From Styela clava (lineage: Eukaryota), in contig NC_135257.1 in assembly GCF_964204865.1 (NCBI RefSeq), positions 17,112,001 to 17,176,000 of the forward strand: a DNA stretch of 64,000 bases, given 5' to 3'. Positions 26,401 through 38,840 of the stretch are shown here, piece by piece; the first letter of the stretch is position 1; each line of letters opens with the position of its first letter. A program made the translations under genes and the position numbers. Below the pieces are notes generated by a model, which saw only the letters and a list, made by a program, of their open reading frames with translations, did no database searches and was not told the DNA's origin.

Positions 26401-28660
26401 GACTTTTTCGTGTTAGGAGGAATTTTGCAGGCAGCTTTGAATGGAGATGGATTATAGTGAGCTTCTCGTATGCACTGGGCGTTCAATTTCTGTAAATCAA
26501 TAGTTCGCCGGATAGATCCATTTTTCTTCAAGAGTGTGACCATGGGTGAACACCATGGTGTGATCATGCCTGGAGGTACGGGCTTTACTATGCCTTTTTC
26601 GACATCGTCCAGTAGTTTTTGCTTTGCTGGTTTCTCCATATGTATGGGTATTGGAATCGGTGTGTGGCGTGCATATGGGATAGCCTTCGGTTTGAGGTAG
26701 ATGTGTGCAGGTGGTCCCTGCATTGTGGGGAATGGTGGAGATCGGTCAAAGGCCCAGAATGTACTGTTTCAGTCTAGTTATGTTGTCCTCAGTTGGAGGA
26801 AAAGGAATGGACATAGGTCTGGTCGGTAGTGATTGAACCCGTTGATTTGTGATTGAGGGTTTTGTGGGAGACCTTGTGCTCGTAAGAGAGTTTATTGAGC
26901 TGGCATTAGGTGATGGCAGTGGAAAACTCTTCGGTAGGATGTCCAATGCTATACATGCATCTTTGCTTAAATATAGATGGCGTAGCTTTATCCCAGATTC
27001 AGTAAAGTATAGTTGTTGTTTTGTTTGTTTACCATATCCAATAATATTTATGTTTACGTTGGCATAGCAGTAAGCTTTGATAGTACTACCTCCTACAATG
27101 CGAATGCTTTTGTTACATTTTTGTAGAACTCTCTTCGATATGTGCAAATATGAAATATATGGATGTTCAGCGACACATATTGATGCTCCACTGTCCGGTA
27201 GTGCTGTCACAGGTTTGGAGCAGATGCTGTTTGCTGTAGACGAAGTATGAGAGATCTGAATTTTGATTTCAGCTAATGAGGAGTGTGGATCTCCAACGTT
27301 ATAAAGTGAAATTACGCTCAGATTTGCTTTTTCATCCACAGAATCTGAGTCTGACTGGGACTCGGATGATGTCATGGACTGTGCCTGTATTGCATTGCTT
27401 TTTGCGGAGAAGCATACTTTCTTGTAATGATTATCTTTTCGACAGTGAGAACAAGTTTTTTCCCATGCTGGGCCTCGATTCTTCCTGTCCATTTCTGTGG
27501 ATCCATGATTAAGACTGCCACATCCCCTACATGCAATGCGTCCTGAAGATGACTTCTTGCTAGGGCTTCTCTTTTGACGTTGTCTTTGTGTGGCGAAGTG
27601 TGATACAGAATATGATTGTGTGTGGCAGTGTATCGTTTCTTGATTTTGAATAGCCGATTCGTAAGCGGTGGCATACTTAACAACTTCCTCTAAGGTAATA
27701 AGGGCCTTTTTGTCTGCGCATTTGGACAGTATGTCAGCCTGAAGGGTTGTGTTGCAGATGCCCTTGATGAGCTGATCCCGAACGTGCCAGTCGGTTTGAT
27801 CAAACTTGCATGCTTCGCTTGGGCATATGTATTCGCAGTCGTGTGCCACAGAAAGCAGTCTGGCTACAAACTGTGTGACTGTTTCCCCAGTATGTTGCTG
27901 CATGTCCATGAATTTTGTTCTGTGCGTAAGAGGATTTAATTCTAGTGTGACAATGTTTCTGATTTTAGATAGGAATTCCTTTTCGGTTAAGTCTCTGAAC
28001 TCTGAACATGTGTTGTTGATGATTTTTTGAACTGCCTGATCACAAACAGAGTAAAGTAAATCATTGGCATGAACACTTGCATGTGGTTGAAGGTTCTTGA
28101 ATGTTGTCCACACGGATAAAGCAGTGCGAAAATCAGAACTAGACATTCTAGAATTCAGGTAACTTTACGGGCAGATTTAGTTTGGTGGGCTGAGAAGAGT
28201 TGGATATGTTTTGCTGAGAATGATTCAATATTTTAATTTGATGTGCTAAGATTGTTATACCCAAATCACTTTCAAGAGTATTTTTGTCCAGCTGTGGTAA
28301 TTCAGTCTCAGTGAGCTCATTAGCATGAAATGTATTTCCATATTCATCGGATCTCTCATCGGGGATGCCGAGAGATTTGAAAAAAGTACTCCAGCTGGTA
28401 GCATCTGTTAGTCGCAGCGCCATGTTGGGAAGTCTGATGAGCAGATTCTTTACAGATTACCAACTTAAGTGTCTTTGTATAAATCCAACGTTTGTGAATG
28501 AAGCATAACACATTTAACCTAATGTAAGTCTAACTGTTAACAAAGATCTTAATACAACCAAATACTCCAATCAGTTAAATAGAAAATAACACAAACATGT
28601 ATGATACAGGTAGAGAGAAATGGCATAGAAACAGGATGGCAGAAATGGCATATCCCAATA
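23410..28660 (-). mobile_element. Full-length Ty3/Gypsy (Mag-like) LTR retrotransposon, disabled
   Basis: 238-bp LTRs at 23410-23647 and 28423-28660 (3 differences seen); 5-bp TSD GGCGC; PBS-like TGGCGCTGCGA next to the 5' LTR; PPT AAGGGGAGA next to the 3' LTR; domain order gag-PR-RT-RH-INT. Confidence 0.96.
23834..28423 (-). pseudogene. Gypsy gag-pol polyprotein, broken by frameshifts and stops
   Basis: SAM-like N-terminus (28423-28148), gag with Cys/His knuckles (CRGCG..H, CSHC...H....C), protease LPDSGAS, RT (26723-25851, VVDD), RNase H, integrase HHCC plus TDGG and SNGRAE. Lesions near 28147, 26746, 25851 and 24812. Confidence 0.93.
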
Positions 28661-30556
28661 GGCGCCAACTTGATTCTTCAGAAATATTCAATAAGCGCCA
28701 ACTCAGTTCTTAAGAAATATCCAATAGGCGACAACTTAGTTCTTAAGAAATATCCAATAGGCGCCAACTTGATTCTTCAGAAATATCCAATAAGCGCCAA
28801 CTCAGTTCTTAAGAAATATCCAATAGGCGCCAACCTGGTTCTTCAGAAATATCCAATAGGCGCCAACCTGGTTCTTCAGAAATATTCAATAAGCGCCAAC
28901 TCAGTTCTTAAGAAATATCCAATAGGCGCCAACCTGGTTCTTCAGAAATATCCAATAGGCGCCAACCTGGTTCTTCAGAAATATCCAATAGGCGCCAACC
29001 TGGTTCTTCAGAAATATCCAATAGGTGCCAACTTAGTTCTTCAAAAATATCCAATAGGCGCCAACTTAGTTCTTCAAAAATATCCAATAAGCGCCAACTC
29101 AGTTCTTAAGAAATATCCAATAGGCGCCAACCTGGTTCTTCAGAAATATCCAATAGGCGCCAACCTGGTTCTTCAGAAATATCCAATAGGCGCCAACTTA
29201 GTTCTCCTGAAATATCCAATAAGCGCAAACTTAGTTCTCCTGAAATATCCAATAAGCGCAAACTTAGTTCTCCTGAAATATCCAATAGGCGCCAACTTAG
29301 TTCTTCAGAAATATCCAATAGGCGCCAACTTGGTTCTTCAGAAATATCCAATAGGCGCCCAGCCAACTTAGTTCCTCAGAAATATCCAATAAGCGCCAAC
29401 TCAGTTCTTCAGAAATATCCAATAGGCGCCAACTTAGTTCTCCTGAAATATCCAATAGGCGCCATTTTAGTTCTTCAGAAATATCCAATAGGCGCCAACT
29501 TGGTTCTTCAGAAATATCCAATAAGCGCCAACTCAGTTCTTCAGAAATATTCAATAGGCGCCAACTTAGTTCTCCTGAAATATCCAATAAGCGCAAACTT
29601 AGTTCTTCAGAAACATCCAATAGGCGCCAACTTGGTTCTTCAGAAATATCCAATAGGCGCCAACTCAGTTCTTGAGAAATATCCAATAGGCGCCAACCTG
29701 GTTCTTCAGAAATATCCAATAGGCGCCATCCTGGTTCTTCAGAAATATCCAGTAGGCGCCAACTTAGTTCTTAAGAAATATCCAATAGGCGCCAACTTGA
29801 TTCTTCAGAAATATCCAATAAGCGCCAACTCAGTTCTTAAGAAATATCCAATAGGCGACAACTTAGTTCTTAAGAAATATCCAATAGGCGCCAACTTGAT
29901 TCTTCAGAAATATCCAATAAGTGCCAACTCAGTTCTTAAGAAATATCCAATAGGCGCCAACGTGGTTCTTCAGAAATATCCAATAGGCGCCAACCTGGTT
30001 CTTAAGAAATATCCAATAGGCGCCAACCTGGTTCTTCAGAAATATCCAATAGGCGCCAACCTGGTTCTTCAGAAATATCCAATAGGCGCCAACTTAGTTC
30101 TTCAAAAATATCCAATAGGCGCCAACTTAGTTCTTCAAAAATATCCAATAAGCGCCAACTCAGTTCTTAAGAAATATCCAATAGGCGCCAACTTAGTTCT
30201 TCAAAAATATCCAATAGGCGCCAACTCAGTTCTTAAGAAATATCCAATAGGCGACAACTTAGTTCTTCAAAAATATCCAATAGGCGCCAACTCAGTTCTT
30301 AAGAAATATCCAATAGGCGACAACTTAGTTCTTAAGAAATATCCAATAGGCGCCAACTTGATTCTTCAGAAATATCCAATAAGCGCCAACTTAGTTCTTC
30401 AGAAATATCCAATAGGCGCCAACTTAGTTCTCCAGAAATATCCAATAGGCGCCAACTTAGTTCTCCAGAAATATCCGATAGGCGCCAACTTAGTTCTCCA
30501 GAAATATCCAATAGGCGCCAACTTGATTCTTCAGAAATATCCAATAGGCGCCAACT
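28661..30556. repeat. 30-bp tandem satellite, right part (~63 units)
   Basis: Same monomer as 21860-23409, resuming in register after the Gypsy TSD; one 4-bp insertion near 29360. Confidence 0.97.
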
Positions 30557-31735
30557 TCTTGGTTCATACAGAAATATGCAATAGGCTCCAACCTATGATG
30601 TCACAGTGCTCCACAACAGCTGATCGTTGATAATACGAGAAATGTGATAGCTGAAAATCTTATTTGAAAGAACTATTCTTCGGCTATTGGCAATAATCTG
30701 TCCACAAAATAATTAAATTAACGTTCGGTGGAATATATGAAACATAAAACTGTCTGTGCGCGTATTTCTTGATAAATATCCAATAAGCGCCAATCTATGA
30801 TGTCATAGTACCCCACAACAGATTATCTTGGATAGCGTGAGAAATGTGTTGCTGAAAATCTTTTTTTGGTGAATCGTGCTTTGGCTATTGACAATAAACT
30901 GCATAGAAATTAACCAAATTAACGTTTGGTCGAAACTATCATAGCTCACTATGCAGTTTGTTTAATTCAAGACAAATCGTCATTGTATTTAGTAGGATGA
31001 GACTACTACCGTTACGCGTACAGAAACTCGAAAACAACTTTTGATTAAAACATGAGAAATGACTTATAACAAGCGTAAAGTATAAGGATAAAAATATCCT
31101 AATATGAGCAGCATATAACATAAGACATAAAACTGCCGGTGAGGAGTTTTTGAGAAATATCCAATAGGCCCCAACTCAACTCTTCAGAAATATCCAATAG
31201 GCGCCAATCTATAATGCCATAGTGCTCCACAACAGCTGATCGTTGATAATACGAGAAATGTGATGGCTGAAAATCTTATTTGAAAGAACTATTCTTCGGC
31301 TATTGGCAATAACTGTCCACAAAATAATCAAATTAACGTTTGGTGGAATATATAAAACATAAAACTGCCTGTGCGCGTAGATCTCGATGAATATTCAATA
31401 GGCGCCAATCTATGATGTGATAGTGCTCCACAACAGCTGATCGTTAATAATACGAGAAATGTGAGGGCTGGAAATATTATTTGAAAGAACTATTCCACGT
31501 TTATTAGCAATAATCTGCCAAAAAAATAATCAAATTAACGTTTTGTGGAATATATGAAACATAAAACTGCCTGCGCGCGTAGTTCTCGATGAATATCCAA
31601 TAGGCGCCAATCTATGATGTCATAGTTCCCCACAACAGCTGATCGTTGATAATACAAGAAATGCGATGGCCAAAAATCTTATTTGAAAAAACTTTTTTTT
31701 GGCTATTGGCAATAATCTGTCCACAAAATGATCAA
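30557..31735. repeat. ~200-bp tandem repeat (further copies at 21495-21860)
   Basis: CCACAACAGCTGATCGTTGATAATAC-type motif recurs near 30610, 30813, 31227, 31428 and 31630; each unit contains one satellite-like monomer. Confidence 0.88.
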
Positions 31736-31741
31736 AAAAAT

Positions 31742-31915
31742 CATGCATCAGTGTATAACAGTCTTTTATCGAGTAAATATCCTGAAATCGTGCAGCTATG
31801 TGGGACCAATAGTGATAGTATCACAATTGAAGTGATGGCTGTTCAACAGCAGCGAGGAAATGAACGTGGGTACTTCGCTATAGTCAATGCCCTGGATCCC
31901 TGTATACTGACGTAT
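31742..31915 (+). pseudogene. Ulp1-like (peptidase C48) cysteine protease remnant
   Basis: VYNSL...IEVMAVQQQRGNERGYFAIVNALDP resembles the VYDSL...QQ..g.DCG.FAIA..DP consensus. Catalytic Asp and Cys would be lost by single transitions (GAC>AAC, TGT>CGT); the catalytic His segment is absent. Confidence 0.65.
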
Positions 31916-32069
31916 TGCAATAAATTTAATGAAGGGCTCGAAATGGCATTCATTCAATATGATATTGACGTTTGTTGGAGTCACATTAAACCTTATTCGG
32001 TTGAAGATTAAAAAAGAATGGAGAAATTGAGAACTTGGAAGATGTCATATTATTCCACCATGAACACCG

Positions 32070-32473
32070 ATGGTACTGTCAATCTACAATAGCATCCGTG
32101 ACCTATTTCCAAATACAACCTTGCCCACTGGTGACAACAAAATTAGAAGTGTTCCAAATGAAACATATTGCAAATTAAGCGGAAACACATCCAAAATTTC
32201 GACGGGCGGTACGTATAAAATCTACCTGGACAAATTCATAATTTTAATTTTGAAGCCGGATAAGCTTGATATTTCATTATTCTTTCACACGATTATGCAT
32301 AAAATGGCCCATGTCATGGTGCCGATAGAAACAGCCAGTCAAGCACATGCAAAAGAATTATAAAAATGTGGAATATTCATTCTAAGGCTTTTTAAATTGC
32401 ATCGAAAAATGTCACCTGAGCAGTGGCAGTGTTTTCCAGTAATTGACAAGTCAATTCTTAATAAGTCAGTATG
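32070..32473 (+). pseudogene. SprT-like zinc metalloprotease remnant
   Basis: LSIYNSIRDLFPNTTLP...HTIMHKMAHVMV......AHAKEL*KCG fits the SprT pattern (F...LP; TllHEMaH; H-G-x-x-F). HEXXH Glu>Lys by GAA>AAA; in-frame stop at 32361-32363. Confidence 0.6.
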
Positions 32474-32623
32474 ATGGAATATTTAATATTTTCACATGTA
32501 ATGAAAATACCTTTATCGAACTCAAGTTACAAGTACAAGCTAACAATTAAAATGTGTAACTATACAATCTTGCTGGCATTTATTTCGTAGTATATAATGT
32601 TGTGCCATTTTAATGCTCTAAAA

Positions 32624-32997
32624 CTGCGGTTCCCAAACTATGGGTCACGACTCACTGGTGGGTCGCAAGGGTAATCTCAGTGGGTCGTGAAAAGATGTAG
32701 AAAGCTTTGATCAATTATACTGGTTATTGGGATCGGTGGCAAAGCAAATTTCAAAATAAACTGCAGCTTTTCAAGTTTTTACGTCTAAAACTATATGACA
32801 TTGAAATAAATGTCAAGTCTATTATGGAAAATAGCAAGAAACAATTTCATCTTTTTCACTAGCTTCACTGAAAATTCAATTTGAGAAATTAAATTTGTTT
32901 CCTCCAATGTCTTGTTAATTTGTTAAAGTTAATAGGGTCGCCATAAGCTGTGGTAAAAAATAGTGGGTCCCAACTCTAAAAAGTTTGGGAACCACTG
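32624..32997 (+). mobile_element. Internally deleted copy of the hAT-Buster/Charlie element at 147-729
   Basis: Same ends and body; TSD CTCTAAAA / CTCCAAAG. Confidence 0.88.
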
Positions 32998-35900
32998 CTC
33001 CAAAGTCTAAAATATTATCTTATTTCTTTACAACAGGAGTTTTCGAATGGTGCGACACGGCGCACTGACGAGTCATTTTAATTTTGCTTCGCACAAATAT
33101 TTAATAGTCATACTTTACTGACTGTAGGTATGCATATTTAAATAAACTTACATAACTGTAGTCAATAATTACTGATCAAATCAAACCACAATGTTACTTT
33201 CTGAGTTCAAGATTAGTTCAATTTAGTGATACCGAAAAATTTGTGAATATTCAGCTTGTACCAAAAATGATACAAACGGTTTGTCCAAGAGCTTAACAAT
33301 GCTAAGTAATCACGTCTCATAAAGCTAACCAAACTTGATTTGCAGTGTTTCTCTTACGTAAAGTCTTACCGCTGAATGATGTTCAGATCATGGAATGATG
33401 TTCATATCATTTTTATATCTACTTTACGCTAGTTGCCAGTCATTTTTTTATATTGTTGGTTGGTTATACTGTTGGTTGTGATTATTTTTAATGGATAATA
33501 CACTTTTGTGGTTTATTGTTTTTATAATTAAATTACACATGAAGGGGCACAAAAGTCTTCAGTGCTTAGGGCACCAAAGGGGCTTAATCCGCCCCTGACA
33601 AGACACAATGAAAACGTATCGAACGCGCCACTCTCAGCCCCTTTATCCACGAATAAGACACATGCATTAATCAGCTTCTTCTTTATACACTTGGCAAAGA
33701 ACAGCGATTTTCTTAAATGAATAAAACACAATTGATCAACTTGCATATATATTCCGATCCGGGTGGCTAATACAATTACGATATATAACAGATAAGTAAA
33801 CAGTCCACAATACGGACAAATATCTGCGGCTCTTACACAATGAATACGTGATGCGAAAATGACCGAAAAAAAAAACGCTTAACAAGACAACAGATAAAAT
33901 TACTAATTTACGCTACAAGCAAAGGAAAAAAAAGGTAATAATGGGTCGACAATGATTGGTTACACGCAGCGCACGATGCACTGTATACAGAGGCAAAATG
34001 TAGGATAAAATTGTAAACAACGTACCACGAGAAGCTGACATTGTACGCTTCGAACAAATAACATGTTACTTGTCACTAGAGACTAAATGATGCTAATATC
34101 TCAATATATAATATGACATATATTTTATACTTATCGTAAGTAACTGCAACAAAAGTCGTTTTGGAGTTTCTGAGAGGTATTTTCAAAACCCTAACCCTAA
34201 CACACTTATTATATCATATGTATATCTAATTGGCTGTACATGCATATGACTTGGCAGTATTTGTACATCACCAAAATGGCTGTATTTGGATGTTAATTGG
34301 CTGTATATGGATATGACCTTGGCTCTATATAAATATTTAGTTGGCGCTATATGTATATTTAGTTGGCGCTATATGTATATTTTATGCTGTATATGTATAT
34401 CACGTTACCAACCCACTCGATCATCTTGCCAATGCAGACTAAAAAGTTTGCCGTAGCTTAGAGTTCAGCAAAAAATTAGGGTTGTGGCAGGACAAATATA
34501 GTTACATTTAAATAAAAAAAATTCTGAGCAAATATCACTAACCGGCCTACCGACTCATCGGGTCATCCCCATCTCAGAGTTAAGTAATGCTTGCCATCTT
34601 ATTGATTTACAATGGTTAGTTTAGTACTACACATTGCTAAGACATCATCTCCATCAAAACTAACAAACTTTTCGATTTTTCACCTTCTGATTTCTTTCTC
34701 AAGATTGTTCTCCAAAATTTCTTGTTTAAACTTTTCGAAAATATTATTTTGATGTGAAGTGTACAAACCGTGATTACTGAATTCCTTACAATACATTCTT
34801 TTCCAATCTCAAATGGACGCAATTATGTTGTTATAATGTCTCTAACCAAATGTAATCGTAGATACTTAATGCAATGAACTGGATATCGTTATTAAACATT
34901 TTGAATTACTGACATTTTAAGTATGCATGGTGCATTTATTAGCTATTCTTTGAAATTAATCAATTTTTTTCCTGGTACTCAAGCCTATATTTCCAACTTG
35001 TTGTTTATCAGTCTATCATAATTCATCGCTCCCTTTTAAAAGGATTTGAAGCTGGGTAACATACGAAGCCTTCCAAAGTGCTTCGCCGTCTCGTACGTGT
35101 ACCGAGTATATCCAGGTACAGACACTGCAGTGACGGAAATAAACAAAATGTGCGAGACGCACGGACAGGACCGCTCCAGAAGTATGTGTATCAAAATGAC
35201 GCACAACCTGATAACTGTTCAGGTTGTGCGCCATTTTGGTACACATACATCGGGAGTACCCAGACATGAGCTAAGATTTAAAAGTAGAACGAAATAAGGG
35301 AACGAAAACCTGGCAAGATAACTTAAAATAAATTAGACAAACAATACCTCCACGCCTGTGATCTAGTCCAGATTGATAATAGCATACTTTGAACTAACCC
35401 AGAAACGTGCCCAAACGTTATCGGGTATATTGAATAGGAATCGTTGCTATTGTCATATACAGTGAACTACAAGCATAATTTTTATAGCGAACTTTACTGC
35501 TGTGTGAACTATAAATAATGAATTCATACATAACTCCAAGTATGCGTCTATAACTGGCAATGGCTGAACTGGAAAACCCAATCTGGCTTTGGTATGAATT
35601 TATAATATCTATAACAGAAATAAACAAATAATATAAATAAATCACCTATAACGGTAATGGTATTTAAAAAGGCAGAAGGCGTATGGCAGAACTTAAACTG
35701 GATTTGCTTACACACATAGCAATTATAATATAGCCCATTTTGTAGAATGAGGTCCTAAAATGACAGGGGTGAGTAAATAAAACGAATTAATTGCTTATAA
35801 CGGAAATTATTCACTTTCTTGAGACAATAAACTGCAAGGAATAAAAAGGAATACTAAGGATTTGCCTGCATACATGGAAATACGTAGCCCAAGAGTGGGT

Positions 35901-38840
35901 TCCAACTAGCGATTGGTGTTAAACTGATTTTACTGGCTCAGATCGGGATCTTCTTTTTCGAATCACTTTCAAATCGAAAATTTTGACCGTATATATATCC
36001 AAGTGTATAATGACTGTATAAAAATGTATATATCCAAATAGTTTTTATGTGGATTTTTCAATTATTGAAATCGATATTTCTTCTTAAGTCGTTCAAATTT
36101 TCTCCGACCATGATTGTAAACTTCATATTCATGTCGCAAAAGTGAATTCTTTAAATTATCAATTGAGGTTTGAGATTGAATACCTTTCCGCCTAGTATCT
36201 GTCTCCTTCCGCCATCTTTTACCACTTCGCTTATATTATTTTAATGCTTCAGTGAAATAATTTAAAAGCATTTTTTCAAATAACTGTAATGTATTTTCAA
36301 ATTCTTTTGTTAGTCCAATTGCTTAGTAATGGCAATGGGTTTCTCAGATACGAAGTGAACATACTTTTCGTTTTGCAAAATTGTTGTTTTATTTGTTATT
36401 ACTTAATAATTAAAGAGATACAAAAAACTGATTTACAAACCTATGTTAAGGGCTTTTCTTCAAATTTTAGCTAAGCTGGAATGCTTTATATAAACTATAT
36501 TTTATTATTTTTTTTTATTTAAATTGAATCAACTAAACAAATTTTCAAATTAATTCGTGGTACAAGGTTCATTGGTTTTGAGAAAGGAGATTGGATTTAA
36601 AATTTCTTGAATGTTTCTCAATCAAACACATCTGGCATTTACATCAAAGCCATGAGCAAAGTAACAAACACTATTTTTGAATCCATCTGAAATATGAAAA
36701 TAAAAAATAACAAAATAGTATTTCTACAAAATCTGTACGCACTCTGTAGTACTAAGGTTTTGGCAAGGGGGTTATGAGACCATCGCTAAGTCGAAGAATT
36801 GTTTGATATAATTCTTATCTTAGCGATAGGACTCATTATTTCATTCTGTTTTGGTTTATTGAAAACATTATTTGTAGTTCAGATATCTACGAATAGTTTA
36901 ATCCGACAATAGAACATGTCGATCCCTCAATCACTGTTCGAGCCTATTTCTGACCAAAGCGTAGTAATGATCTGTAACCAGTAAGACCATCTGTATATAG
37001 TAGTCTATGAGCATCTCCCATCGGTGGCTTCTTGCACATGACTTTATGCGGAGCAATGTGAAATAAATAGAATCGCCATTTGAGTAAACTGACATCCAAT
37101 TTGTCTTATTGCGCAAAATTTTGCAATTTCCAGTTCGTTCTTAACATTCGTCGGGCAAACTTATATCTATAGACGTAACTTATCGCGTCTAAAAACCCAA
37201 TTAGTGGGTTGGATGTGGATGTGATAGTGGTTTGGCGCTGGATGTGATGGCACTAAATCGTAATCTTACTCAAAACCTCAACCAGTTTTGTGTTTCTATT
37301 AGGTCATATATAGGAGCCATAGCCGAAAAGATTTGAATAAACATTTAAATAAAATCTCTTTCGTTCCGTCTGGCGGATTACGCTTGCACATACAGTCTTG
37401 TGAAATATTTCTTTTTAGATAATTCCATTTTCCCAGGACTGAAAAATGCTTAAACCTACTCTCAAGAAATTTGGTGGTTGCTTGCTTACTTACGACCTTG
37501 TTCGAAAATCCCAGTACCAGTGTAAATCAATATTTAATAATCAGTATTTTGATGATCGAAGACTAAGGACCAATGAACATCTCACTCAGAGCTTGGTTCG
37601 GTAAACCAGGGAAATCCAATCCATAACATATAATGACTTAAACAACTTAGTGAATGCTGAGTGGACGAAGTGTACATGACTTCGTTTAAAAACGAAGTAA
37701 ACCTCTTCCGGCTCATAAATGTAGTAGTAGCCTGAAAATTCTTTGGTGCTACTTTGGTATGCGATCAAACGCATAGTAATCTTTTCTCAAGTTTATTAGA
37801 TTCTATTGCGTTACGCAATGCGTCAGTATTGGAACGAATAATTACTATCCAACATTTGCTCAATTTTCTGGAATTCTTAAAGACTAAAAAGCCACGCATG
37901 GCAAAACCCCAATCAAAAAAATATATTGCTATGTGACATAATATACATATATATGTGTTATGTTATATTAATAACATGCAAAATTTAATCAAAGAGTAAA
38001 AGCTCGGAGAATATATATACAAGCATTCAGCAATAGCAATATCACATAAGTGTTATTAAATCAATGTAATTAGTTGTAAGTTTATAGCGGAGTTTTACGC
38101 CTGATAGGCCGTGATTGGTATTGCAATGTTTAAGAACTAATTTTAATAAAATCGGACGTAAATTTGTTCACCAAGTTTAAGTCTCGTTTAACCTTTCTTT
38201 TATTAGATTGATTTGATTTGATATTAACTTGCTGCATTTATTTTACAAATTATTTCAATCCCGGTCATTTCATTTTCTATTTCAACCCTATCAACCGAAA
38301 GAAATTTTATAGAAAGTTGCAAACGAATTTCTTTGTATATTTACAAATTGGCAGAGAGCAAAACAAATATATGTTTTTTTACAAGTGCCTACTTGTAATC
38401 ATTGTTAAGGCCAAAAATCTAAAACAAATTGGAAGCATTTTTATGAAAATATCAACTGTTGAAAGCGTCATGTTATATATAACATGCAATACATTTATGT
38501 CACATATACTTGTCACATTTGCCAATATTAGGTTTCTCACTATCACAGGAAACCTTTTTCAATACTCCGATTGTGTGAGAAGAAAGTAAAGAAGGATTTT
38601 CACAAATATACCAAGAATGATGAATTCGGTAAAAAAGGTTTATTCATCTGGCGGAGCAAGGATGTCTTCCGGTCATCAGTATAGATATGTTGTGGGAATA
38701 GTGAGCCAGCTTTCCACGCGATATAATCGGGAATGGCAACTTATCGTCAAAACTAAGTGAAACAGTGTTAAAATGTGTTTCACCAAATACAGAATTTGAA
38801 ATATAATTCAAACATAAGGACATCTTGAATACATTGAATT

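Larger units (their letters stand above)
20990..34415. mobile_element. Large (13.4 kb) long-TIR DNA element, no transposase seen, with cargo and nested insertions
   Basis: Imperfect ~170-200-bp TIRs starting GGGTTGGTAACGTG (20991) and ending CACGTTACCAACCC (34414). CTCGAT is duplicated on both sides (20984-20989, 34416-34421). The flanks are contiguous in the paralogous site near 8358. Confidence 0.88.

Noticed and set aside
23904-28030. Plus-strand ORFs within the Gypsy element
   Set aside because: Antisense shadows of gag-pol.
21860-30556. CRISPR-like array
   Set aside because: Head-to-tail repeats with no unique spacers, no cas genes, and a eukaryotic context.
21962-30630. Long ORFs of 497, 256 and 376 aa made of KYPIGANLVLQ-like repeats
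   Set aside because: By-product of a 30-bp satellite with a stop-free monomer: open on both strands, no proper start context, and split by the Gypsy insertion and a 4-bp indel.
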